DNA from: an uncultured Verrucomicrobiae bacterium
GTDB taxonomy: Bacteria > Verrucomicrobiota > Verrucomicrobiia > Limisphaerales > JAFGQR01
Length of the DNA: 64,000 bases
Assembly: GCA_963788655.1 (NCBI GenBank)
Contig: CAWBHS010000059.1
Span: 96,001 to 160,000 of the forward strand
Direction: 5' to 3'
Positions 55,757-64,000 of this stretch are shown one piece after another (the stretch's first letter is position 1; the number at the start of each line of letters is the position of its first letter). The position numbers were made by a program, and so were the translations under genes. The notes beneath the pieces are model-generated. The model ran no database searches. It was given only the letters and a program-made list of their open reading frames with translations, and was not told where the DNA came from.

Positions 55757-56636
55757 AAACAATCAATCTCTTACCGGCTCCGGCGGCTGTCATCATCACG
55801 CTTCACCGGCACCATGAACGCACTTTCAAAAAAGAGGGCAGAAGTTAAGCACCAGAGTGGGGCTTGGCAAGACCTGTTTTGAAGATTTTGCTCAGCTTGC
55901 CGCCGGCGACCTGCTGGTTAACCGGCGTAATCATTCTGTCGCCAACCGTCCGTGCATGCGGATCAGCCAAGCAAAGTCATGCGGCAACTAATGTCGTTGA
56001 AGCTAAGAAAACTTGCACCACGTGCTGATAATAGAGCTGGAAGCGTTACGGAATCCATTGCCAGATGCGGATAAGAATGCCGGCTTACCTAACTGCAAAA
56101 CAATTACTTACACGTGCCAATCCTCACTCACCCTTGGATTACCCGCTTCTCTTGGGTTTTTGATTGGTGCCACAATGGAATGGAGGGCAATCGTTGTAGC
56201 AGGGATTGAATTACGCCCAACTCGCCGACGCGTTAACGTCGAACAACGACCATCAACTCCCACGCGTGCAGCATTCAGCTTTGGACGCCCTTCGAGGGAC
56301 GAATGCTGGAGCAAGTTCCGCGTAAAACGCTTTGCCAGCTTCGGGAACTGTTCAAAACTCACACATGCTGGACTATTCGAAGTAAGACGCGCTCTGCCGA
56401 AACGCAGCTTTTTGGCGGAGAGGCAGGCAGGGCTGGGAACGCCAAAAGGCTGTCATTCTTGACTCATCCATTTGGCTGTCCAAGTGAGGCGGTAATGCTA
56501 CCCTCGGCGATTGCCCGGGAACGGAGTGGCAATTCGGATTGAAAATTGCTAACACTTGTGGCTCGTAAATTATGAGCGATTGGTTAAGTTACTGATGCTT
56601 ACTGATGATGCGAGTTGACATTTTGACCGGCACACC

Positions 56637-57971
56637 ATGAACGCACGCAGACTGAATCTGGTTCTGACCGGAGTATCCCTCGGGTTGGTGGGAGTTATCG
56701 CGTACCTGGTCTGGATGCTGCGGGCTCCGATCCGAACCATGCCGGAGGTGGTAACCACGACAAATGTCGTGACCAACATGCAGATTGCCGTGCGGAAGAT
56801 CAATGCCACGAACTTCCTTTCGAGCCTACTGAAGCGTCCCTTTCATTGGAGTATGCTCGAAGCAACGAATTACCAGACGTTTATCCAACATCTGCACGAT
56901 TTTGGATGTCCGGAAGAAACCATCCAGGACATCATCATTGCCGACATCGCCAAGCAATACGCCCGCCGCCGCGCCGAACTCCGCGCCAGCCTGCCCGCGC
57001 CTCCCTATTGGCAAGCTCCGGACAAATTTGAATACGACTCGGCTGCCGCCTTGGAGATCAACGATCAGTTGGCTGCCCTGGATCAGGAGCAACGAGCGTT
57101 GGTCAGGACGTTGTTGGGCGTGGATTACGATGCGGAAATCGCCAAGTTCACCGGTGAACCAGCGCCAACGGATGTCCGACTCGATTTCTTAAGTGCCGAC
57201 AAACAACCGGAAGTAGCATCGATATTGGCCAAATACGCCGACTTGGAGAACGAGTATTTCGGCGGGCCGGAAGGCGTTTCGCAGCCGGTCGATGAAGCTG
57301 ATTTGCGCCATCTCGAGGCTCAACGGGATGCCGAACTGGCCAAGCTCCTGACGCCGGATGAGTTTTTCGAGTTTCAAGTCCGCAATTCGACAACCGCACA
57401 CGCGTTGCAAACAAAGTTGGAAGCTCTCGATCCGTCGGAACAAGAGTTTCGCCAGATCTTTAAGTTGCAGAAGACCATGCAGGACACGCTGGCTCAGCAG
57501 TTTGACCCCGACCCACTCAAGAACCAGGAAATTCGGGACCAAGTCGTCAAGGACGCCCAAGCCGCCTTCAACGACGAACTCAAGAAGGAATTGGGACCGG
57601 ATCGCTATACAGCATACGTGCGATCGCAAGACCAGGACTATCAGGCGCTGGTGCAAATTGCCGATCGTTACGCGCTCCCCAAGGCCAAGGCCGACAAGGT
57701 TTACGAAATGAAGATGGTTGCCGAACGGCAACGGGAGCAAGTGGCGACCAATCCTGATTTGACCGAGCAACAGCGCACGGCGGCACTGGCGGCAATCGCC
57801 CGAGAATCGCAACGCTCGGTCGTCGCGGAGTTGGGCAGCGACCTCTATGAAGCATACCGGGAATCCGGCGGATCATGGATTTTGCAGATGCCCGCTTCGG
57901 AAACGATCTCTCCTTTGCCCACGCAAACCTTGCCGCCCATGCCAGACGGGTTTGTGATGCCCTCGCGCTGA
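56637..57971 (+). CDS. Membrane-anchored all-helical hypothetical protein
   Basis: N-terminal TM; WSMLEATNYQTFIQHLHDFGCPEETIQDII; repeated L-x-x-LLG/LT-x-D/E-x-Y/F helical motifs. Confidence 0.78.
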   Translation: MNARRLNLVLTGVSLGLVGVIAYLVWMLRAPIRTMPEVVTTTNVVTNMQIAVRKINATNFLSSLLKRPFHWSMLEATNYQTFIQHLHDFGCPEETIQDIIIADIAKQYARRRAELRASLPAPPYWQAPDKFEYDSAAALEINDQLAALDQEQRALVRTLLGVDYDAEIAKFTGEPAPTDVRLDFLSADKQPEVASILAKYADLENEYFGGPEGVSQPVDEADLRHLEAQRDAELAKLLTPDEFFEFQVRNSTTAHALQTKLEALDPSEQEFRQIFKLQKTMQDTLAQQFDPDPLKNQEIRDQVVKDAQAAFNDELKKELGPDRYTAYVRSQDQDYQALVQIADRYALPKAKADKVYEMKMVAERQREQVATNPDLTEQQRTAALAAIARESQRSVVAELGSDLYEAYRESGGSWILQMPASETISPLPTQTLPPMPDGFVMPSR

Positions 57972-58108
57972 TTGGACGGCTCGCTTTCCAACCAACCTTG
58001 CGGCAGGTGCCGAGTTGCGGAAACTTCCCACCCTTCAGTATTTGTCATCAGGCATCGGGCATTGGTGACAGCTCTGACCGGTTTGCGGTGGAGCTTCGCC
58101 GCCAACCC

Positions 58109-59311
58109 TTACCTGCGGTTCTTCGCCCGTTGCTCCAGCCAGGGAAGCCGCCGCAGGGCCCAGCCAAAGTCGTTGGTCAATTGGATTTCTTTCAGGTAGT
58201 GAACCGCATTCTCGAAGTCGCCCATGCGCATGTACGTTTGCGACAGTTGGGCCCGTGCCCAGTCGGATTGTCGCGGCGAATCGGCCTTGGCAATGTAAGC
58301 CTGGTAATTGACCAGCACATTGTTGGTTTCATCAGCCTGCCAAAAGATGCCGGCACAATCGTCGAGCAGTTTTTCCGCGTTTAACGGGGAGCGGCGGTTA
58401 TTGCTATCGGCCAGATCCAGGTTGGGCCAGATGAAGGCCTGGCAAATCCGCGCGGCCAGCCAGGCGTCCTCAGTTTGGTTCAGCGCATCGCCCCGAGCCT
58501 GAAGCGCGAGGTTCAACGCCACCCGCCGATGCTGCGGATTCTTGCTGTCGAACAGCCGGTCCGCCACCCATATTTCCTGCCCGATCAGGTCATACATAAG
58601 ACTGTAAGTGCCAGCTTGACCGAATTTGCCCCGCAACTCCCGAGTCAGTTTGGCAGCGGCGTCGGCCAACTCACCCGTCCCCGGGCGCGGCACCGCTTGG
58701 TCTTGTTTTGCCCAGCGAGCTTGGAAATCCCGTAAATCACTCTCAATGGGCACCAGTGCCTTTTCTTTGGCAGCCCATTCCTCCTTCTTGGCAGGAATGC
58801 TCTTCGTCAGATCGGCTGTCGTCTTTTGCAGAACCACCAGATTGGACTGAGTGACTGACACGGTGGTGCTGTTGGTACTCTTGGAGCTGCCGGTTACCCG
58901 CTTTTCCAACGTCGCCAGTCTCGATTGGGCTCGCTGCAATTCCCTTTCCTGGTCGGTCACGGTCCGTTCCAGGACCAGCGATGCGATCTTCAAATCCAGG
59001 TATTCATTCCGCAGCACGTCGAACGTCTTCTTGGTCAGTACGCCTTTGGTTTCCCCGTCATCGTCCCCATTGGCCGGCGCTTGAGCCATTGCGGCCGAGG
59101 ACGGAAAATCAAAGGCCACCGTGAAGTCGTTTTTGGTGCCGTGTTTCTTGAGGTAGCTATAAATCTGGTGCTTCACCCACCAAGGTCGCGGCGGACTGGA
59201 GAAGCAGAACCAATAAACACCCAAGCCACCGCCCAAAGCGATCAACCCCGCGGCGATCCAAGCAACCTTTGATTTCAATAGTTGCGGCATTGTCGGTTTT
59301 GTTTTTTTCAT
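58109..59311 (-). CDS. Membrane-anchored protein with coiled coil and C-terminal TPR-like helices
   Basis: TM VAWIAAGLIALGGGLGVYWF; coiled coil; ARAQLSQTYMRMGDFENAVHYLKEI. Confidence 0.75.
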   Translation of the reverse strand: MKKTKPTMPQLLKSKVAWIAAGLIALGGGLGVYWFCFSSPPRPWWVKHQIYSYLKKHGTKNDFTVAFDFPSSAAMAQAPANGDDDGETKGVLTKKTFDVLRNEYLDLKIASLVLERTVTDQERELQRAQSRLATLEKRVTGSSKSTNSTTVSVTQSNLVVLQKTTADLTKSIPAKKEEWAAKEKALVPIESDLRDFQARWAKQDQAVPRPGTGELADAAAKLTRELRGKFGQAGTYSLMYDLIGQEIWVADRLFDSKNPQHRRVALNLALQARGDALNQTEDAWLAARICQAFIWPNLDLADSNNRRSPLNAEKLLDDCAGIFWQADETNNVLVNYQAYIAKADSPRQSDWARAQLSQTYMRMGDFENAVHYLKEIQLTNDFGWALRRLPWLEQRAKNRR

Positions 59312-59361
59312 GCGCTTTTTGCCCGGAACTTAAGAGTTTAAGTAACCACTATTATTGTTAT

Positions 59362-59388
59362 GACGCGGCTCAGACCCGTGACGTTACA
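59362..59388 (-). promoter_or_regulatory. Putative ECF sigma promoter for 59311
   Basis: Minus strand TGTAAC-N17-CGTC. Confidence 0.6.
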
Positions 59389-59462
59389 ATTTCCGACGCG
59401 CAAAGCCGTCTCCGCCTTCACTCGATTCCGTTTTTCCCAAAATCGGCGCGCCGGGCCTCCGC

Positions 59463-59489
59463 TGTAACCTTCCCCGCTTGATTTGCGTC
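59463..59489 (+). promoter_or_regulatory. Putative ECF sigma promoter for 59629
   Basis: Plus strand TGTAAC-N17-CGTC. Confidence 0.6.
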
Positions 59490-59628
59490 CTACCCCCTGT
59501 AAATGCGCTGGACGGTGGCAACCATTGGCGATGGATAGCGTCGGTCGTGGAACGCCGTCGAGCAACCGTCCTTAACGAAGGACGACAACACAAAACAGTT
59601 ATCGATCAACTATAACAGCAAAGAACCT

Positions 59629-60153
59629 ATGAAATTAAGTCTGAACAAACTTACAAGCGCCGTGACCGTGCTGCTGGTTAGCGGCTTTATCGGCACCATG
59701 GCGGTCAACGCGCAGGCTCAACAGAATCCTGCTCGCGGCCAACGAGGCGCCAATCGCGCCAACCGCGCTCCCGTTCTGGATGAAAAACAGCAGACCTTGT
59801 TGCGCGAAGCCATGCAGAATAATCGGGATGCATTCCAGGCCTTGCGGGAAAAGATGCAGGCCGCCCAAAAGGAACTCACGCAAGCCATGTTGGCCAAGAG
59901 CCAGGATGAAGGCACCATTCGCCAGAAGGCCGAAGCCGTAGCCAAAATTCAAGTCGAGGAAATGCTCTTGCAGGCCAAAGCGGTCGCGGCCCTCGTGCCT
60001 ACGCTGACTCCCGAGCAACGCGAGCAATTGGAGAATTCGCCCTTTGGCATGATGATGCTGCGCGGCGGAATGCGCGGCGGCCCCATGAATCGAGGCGGTG
60101 GCGGCGCGGGCGGCGGCCGCGGCGGACGCCAGGGTGGCGGTCCGCCCCAGTAA
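59629..60153 (+). CDS. Spy/CpxP family periplasmic protein with RGG-rich tail
   Basis: Signal peptide ending AQA; LDEKQQ and LTPEQRE motifs; Gly/Arg-rich C-terminus. Confidence 0.82.
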   Translation: MKLSLNKLTSAVTVLLVSGFIGTMAVNAQAQQNPARGQRGANRANRAPVLDEKQQTLLREAMQNNRDAFQALREKMQAAQKELTQAMLAKSQDEGTIRQKAEAVAKIQVEEMLLQAKAVAALVPTLTPEQREQLENSPFGMMMLRGGMRGGPMNRGGGGAGGGRGGRQGGGPPQ

Positions 60154-60184
60154 CCTTCAGCGTCGCATTCTTACGACCTTCTAC

Positions 60185-60217
60185 CAGCCACTGTGGTCAC
60201 ACAGTGGCTGTTTTTTT
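60185..60217 (+). terminator. Rho-independent terminator
   Basis: CAGCCACTGTG-GTCA-CACAGTGGCTG-TTTTTTT. Confidence 0.85.
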
Positions 60218-60270
60218 GGGCCTCACCTTCCCGCTGGCCAAATGGCAATGGGTCTGTTATCTAACCCTCC

Positions 60271-61449
60271 ATGAAATCAATGCCACCGGTCGGTTTGTGG
60301 ATGTTGCTTACCATTGTTGGGGGTTGCCTGAGTGTTTCGGTCGCGCCGGCGGCCGCCCTGAAGGATGCCGCCAGTCTCAACACCGGCTTTGTTGATGAGC
60401 TCTTCGGCCAACCGAAGGTGTTCGTCCTGAAGATCGACGTTCCGCCGGCCAGCCTGGAACAACTCAAAGCCAATCCTTCGGAATACGTCAAAGCCACGCT
60501 GCGCGAGTCGGACAAGATCTACAGTGACATTGGACTGCGCATCCGCGGCGGCAAAGCGTTTCGGTCGATCGAACTGACTCCCAGCCTGGTCGTTAAATTC
60601 AACGAGTTTATCAGCGGCACCCGGTTCCATGGTCATAGCCGGATTTTTCTCGGCAACTCGGAGGATGACCCATCGTATCTCAAGAAGGCCATTGGCGGGG
60701 AAGTGTTCCGGGCTGCCAACGCCCCCGCGCCCAAAATCAGTTGGGCCCGCCTCACCCTGAACGGCAACGATGCGGGGCTGTATCTCATCGAACAAGCGGT
60801 GAACCGCGAGTTTCTCTCGGACTATTTCGAGAAAACCAAAGGGAACCTGTATGAAGGCTCCAATGCCGACGTGGACCAAAAACTGGAGCAGGACGGCGGC
60901 AGTCGCGACAAGGAGCAAAGTGATCTGAAAGCCCTGGCCGAAGCGGCGCGTGAAAACGATCCCGCTCAACGTTTGAAGAACCTGGAGACGGTGCTGGACC
61001 TGGATCGCTTCGTGAGTTTCGCCGCCGCCGAAGTACTCACGTCCCACCACAAGGGCTATACCCTCGATTTGAACAACTATCGGGTTTATCACAACCCAGT
61101 GTCCGACAAAATGGTGTTCATCCCCCACGACCTCGACGACTTGTTCGCCCGCCCGCAAATGCCCGCGGTGCCAGAGTGGAAAGGGCTGGTTGCCCGCGCC
61201 GTGTTCGAGACGCCCGAAGGCCAGCGCCGCTATCGCGCACGTCTGGGCCAGCTATTGGAAACGGTGGGCAAAGCGGAAACGTTGCAAGCGCGTGTCAACG
61301 AATTGTCCCGTATCCTTCGCCCCTTGCTGCCACGCAACGCCCCGGAGCTGCGAACTTTCGATGGCGCGGTGGCGCAACTCAGCGAACGCATCAGCGAACG
61401 CGTGCGCTACCTGAGCCAGGACCTTAAGAAAGCGCCGGCCAGCAAATAG
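60271..61449 (+). CDS. Stand-alone CotH kinase family protein, secreted
   Basis: IGLRIRGG, LNNYRVY, MVFIPHDLD, GLYLIEQ, GNLYEG; signal peptide. Confidence 0.85.
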   Translation: MKSMPPVGLWMLLTIVGGCLSVSVAPAAALKDAASLNTGFVDELFGQPKVFVLKIDVPPASLEQLKANPSEYVKATLRESDKIYSDIGLRIRGGKAFRSIELTPSLVVKFNEFISGTRFHGHSRIFLGNSEDDPSYLKKAIGGEVFRAANAPAPKISWARLTLNGNDAGLYLIEQAVNREFLSDYFEKTKGNLYEGSNADVDQKLEQDGGSRDKEQSDLKALAEAARENDPAQRLKNLETVLDLDRFVSFAAAEVLTSHHKGYTLDLNNYRVYHNPVSDKMVFIPHDLDDLFARPQMPAVPEWKGLVARAVFETPEGQRRYRARLGQLLETVGKAETLQARVNELSRILRPLLPRNAPELRTFDGAVAQLSERISERVRYLSQDLKKAPASK

Positions 61450-61659
61450 GCGGTCGTCCCTCGATTCCGCAGACTGAGAGTCAGTTCCGCGCTGGGCGGC
61501 AATTCGCTCGACAATCTTGTACACGAACTGCCGCACCATTTCTTTTTTAGTGCAAATAATTGTTCAAGGTCAAACAATCGCCGGGAGCAGTTTGTTTATG
61601 ACGATGGGAATCACATTCTTGACCCCGGTCCTGGTCGAGAGTCCGCAATTCGAATCCCC

Positions 61660-62613
61660 ATGACGGTGCTGGCTTGTGATATGGGCGGGCGGCGCATCAA
61701 ACTCGGCGTGGTGCGCGACGGGGCGGTGCTGGCGATGCGCGTGTTGGCCGCACAAGCCGAGCAACCATTGCGCGAGCGTTTGCCCCAGGTGGCCGAATCC
61801 TTACGTCAACTTTGCGACCGCGCTGACGTGTCGCTCAGTTCCTGCGCGGGAATTGGTCTGGGCTTTCCCAGCATCATCGACCCGACGACGGCGCGCATTC
61901 TGGACGACTTCGGCAAATTTGGCGACGCCTCGGCCACCGACCTCCGCGCCTGGGCTCGAAACACGTTTGGCCTGCCCCTGGCGCTCGACAACGACGCCCG
62001 CATGGCGCTGCTCGGCGAATGGCATTACGGCGCCGGGCGCGGTGGAGACAATCTCGTGATGATGAGCCTGGGCACCGGCATCGGCACGGCCGTGGTGATC
62101 GAAGGTTGCCTGCTGCGCGGCGCGCACGGACAGGCGGGCATCCTGGGCGGGCACCTGGCCGTGCAGCAGGACGGACAGGTATGCGTCTGCGGCAACCGCG
62201 GCTGCGCCGAAGCCGAAGCTTCGACCTGGGCCCTGGATCAATTGGCGCGGCAACAGCCGGATTTCGCTCGAAGCCCGTTCGCGCACGCGGACGCACTCGA
62301 TTTCGCGTCGGTGTTTCATCACGCCGCCAATGGAGATGCATGCGCCCAGGCCTTGCGCGAACACAGCTTGCGCGTCTGGTCGGTTGCCGCCGTCAACTTG
62401 ATTCACGCCTACGACCCGGAACGGCTCATTCTGGGCGGCGGCGTCATGGGCAGCGCCGACGTGATTCTCCCCGCCATTCGTGATTACGTGGAGCGTCATG
62501 CGCATACGCCGTGGGGCAAGGTAAGCGTGGTTGCTACCAAATTGGGCGAACAGGCGGCACTGCTGGCCTGCGAGCCGCTGGTGCAGGAATGGTGCGGGAA
62601 AGAAACTCAGTGA
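61660..62613 (+). CDS. ROK family sugar kinase
   Basis: DMGGRRIK, DNDARMALLGE, LGTGIG, CVCGNRGCAE; no N-terminal HTH. Confidence 0.9.
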   Translation: MTVLACDMGGRRIKLGVVRDGAVLAMRVLAAQAEQPLRERLPQVAESLRQLCDRADVSLSSCAGIGLGFPSIIDPTTARILDDFGKFGDASATDLRAWARNTFGLPLALDNDARMALLGEWHYGAGRGGDNLVMMSLGTGIGTAVVIEGCLLRGAHGQAGILGGHLAVQQDGQVCVCGNRGCAEAEASTWALDQLARQQPDFARSPFAHADALDFASVFHHAANGDACAQALREHSLRVWSVAAVNLIHAYDPERLILGGGVMGSADVILPAIRDYVERHAHTPWGKVSVVATKLGEQAALLACEPLVQEWCGKETQ

Positions 62614-64000
62614 TGAGGAAATCCAACTACGACAAATATCCGTCGGTCGCCGTAACCAATGGGGCCGACAAATGCGTGACCGGATGGGACGCCATCGTCG
62701 AGCGGTTGCACCAGGCGATTGCCGAGCTTGCCGCCCGCAAGACAGTCCTCATCGTCGAATGCTACCCAGGCGTGCAGGAGGAAGCCGTGCTGAATGAGTT
62801 GCAGCGCCGGCTGACCCCGGCGCTGACTTTGGCTGCGGCGCAAGCGTTGCGGTCGCCGAAACAAATCGATGACCTGGTCGCTCCGTTCCTGGGAGGCAAT
62901 GACCCGGTCTTTGGCTTTCTTTCTGGGCTGTCCCTGCCGCAGTTCTTTGATGAGGAACAGTTGTGGTATTGGCGCGAATCCGCGGCGCAGGTTCAGGAGG
63001 GATTGGTGCTGGTCGTTGGTTGTGGTGCGCGGTTGATCGCTGAAGGAGACTTGCTGGTTTATGCGGATCTCGCGCGCTGGGAAGCGCAGAATCGATTTCG
63101 TCGAAACGAGATCAGCAACCTGGGCGTCAACAACTGCGACCTCGCGGCCGGCCTGCAATACAAACGCGCCTTCTTCGTGGATTGGCGCGTCGCCGACCGT
63201 TGGAAACGCCCGCTCATCGATCGCTGGGATTTTGTGCTCGATACGAACGATCCGCGCCAGCCGAAGTTGGCCGACGGCGAAGCGGTGCGAGCCGGCTTGC
63301 GCCAGGCGGTGACGCAACCGTTCCGGGTGGTGCCCTTCTTCGATCCGGCGCCGTGGGGCGGGCAGTGGATGAAGGACGTTTGCGGCCTGGATCCCAGCGT
63401 GCCGAATTACGGCTGGTGCTTCGATTGTGTGCCCGAGGAAAACAGTCTCTTGCTCGATTTCGGCAACGCGCGACTGGAACTTCCGGCGCTGGACCTCGTC
63501 CTCTACCAGCCGACGGCGTTGCTGGGCGAAGCGGTCCATGCCCGTTTTGGTGCTGAGTTTCCGATTCGGTTCGACTTGCTGGACACCATGGGTGGCGGCA
63601 ATCTTTCGTTCCAGGTGCATCCGCTTACGGAATACATCCAGCAGACCTTTGGCATGCACTACACGCAGGACGAAAGTTATTACCTGCTCGACGCCGCGCC
63701 GGACGCCACGGTTTATCTCGGACTGCGCGAAGGGATTGATCCCGCCGCCATGGTGCGCGACCTCGAACAGGCGCAGAAAGGCCAGCACCCGTTTCCGGCG
63801 GAGCGCTACGCCAATCGATGGCCCGCCCGCAAACACGACCATTTCCTGATCCCGGCCGGCACCGTGCATTGTTCCGGCCAGAGCTCGATGGTGCTGGAGA
63901 TCAGCGCCACACCTTACATTTTCACGTTCAAAATGTGGGACTGGGGCCGGTTGGGTTTGGATGGCAAACCGCGGCCCATCCATCTCGACCACGGGGTGCG
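62613..64000 (+). CDS. Class I mannose-6-phosphate isomerase-like protein (long form), 3'-partial
   Basis: Absent from the ORF track because it runs off the window. TGATG overlap; MRKSNYDKYP, PFFDPAPWGGQWM, EFPIRFDLLDTMGGGNLSFQVHP, YTQDESYY, IPAGTVH. Confidence 0.85.
   Translation, partial: MRKSNYDKYPSVAVTNGADKCVTGWDAIVERLHQAIAELAARKTVLIVECYPGVQEEAVLNELQRRLTPALTLAAAQALRSPKQIDDLVAPFLGGNDPVFGFLSGLSLPQFFDEEQLWYWRESAAQVQEGLVLVVGCGARLIAEGDLLVYADLARWEAQNRFRRNEISNLGVNNCDLAAGLQYKRAFFVDWRVADRWKRPLIDRWDFVLDTNDPRQPKLADGEAVRAGLRQAVTQPFRVVPFFDPAPWGGQWMKDVCGLDPSVPNYGWCFDCVPEENSLLLDFGNARLELPALDLVLYQPTALLGEAVHARFGAEFPIRFDLLDTMGGGNLSFQVHPLTEYIQQTFGMHYTQDESYYLLDAAPDATVYLGLREGIDPAAMVRDLEQAQKGQHPFPAERYANRWPARKHDHFLIPAGTVHCSGQSSMVLEISATPYIFTFKMWDWGRLGLDGKPRPIHLDHGV

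Noticed and set aside
56095..56120. Sigma54 promoter (TGGCACG on the minus strand)
   Set aside because: No TTGC at the required -12 position.
56013..56462. 149-aa ORF in the rpsP upstream gap
   Set aside because: Atypical composition, TTG start, no recognisable motif.

Overview
Chromosomal segment of a GC-rich bacterium. Gene content suggests Verrucomicrobiota (CotH/lamin-tail surface protein with an FYRV C-terminus, ECF sigma factor with a long extension, DUF1080, sulfatase); this is inference, not a database result. Housekeeping genes: rplM-rpsI, rpsP-khpA-trmD-rplS (no rimM), eno, pyrC, uvrB, tRNA-Gly(TCC). Stress and repair genes: katG, tag, thioredoxin-family and Spy/CpxP-like proteins. 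Carbohydrate genes: GH43, GH97, DUF1080, sulfatase, rhaA-rhaT-NCS1 permease-rhaB, ROK plus a mannose-6-phosphate isomerase-like gene. A small defence islet holds an HTH-fused PD-(D/E)XK nuclease, a divergent beta-class DNA methyltransferase, an antitoxin and a toxin stub. Single-base indels break rpsI, katG, uvrB, the NCS1 permease, the giant CotH gene and eno, and are most likely long-read consensus errors. Non-coding highlights: a 278-bp CTAG-flanked MITE-like element, several REP-like families, back-to-back ECF-type promoters (TGTAAC-N17-CGTC), a 21-bp-period direct repeat before the rhamnose operon, and apparently leaderless sigma70 promoters. No CRISPR array, rRNA, transposase or integrase was seen. 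Best candidates for an undescribed system: an ECF sigma factor coupled to a free-standing copy of its own extracytoplasmic domain, a putative ECF-driven envelope-stress gene pair, and the HTH-nuclease/methyltransferase pair.
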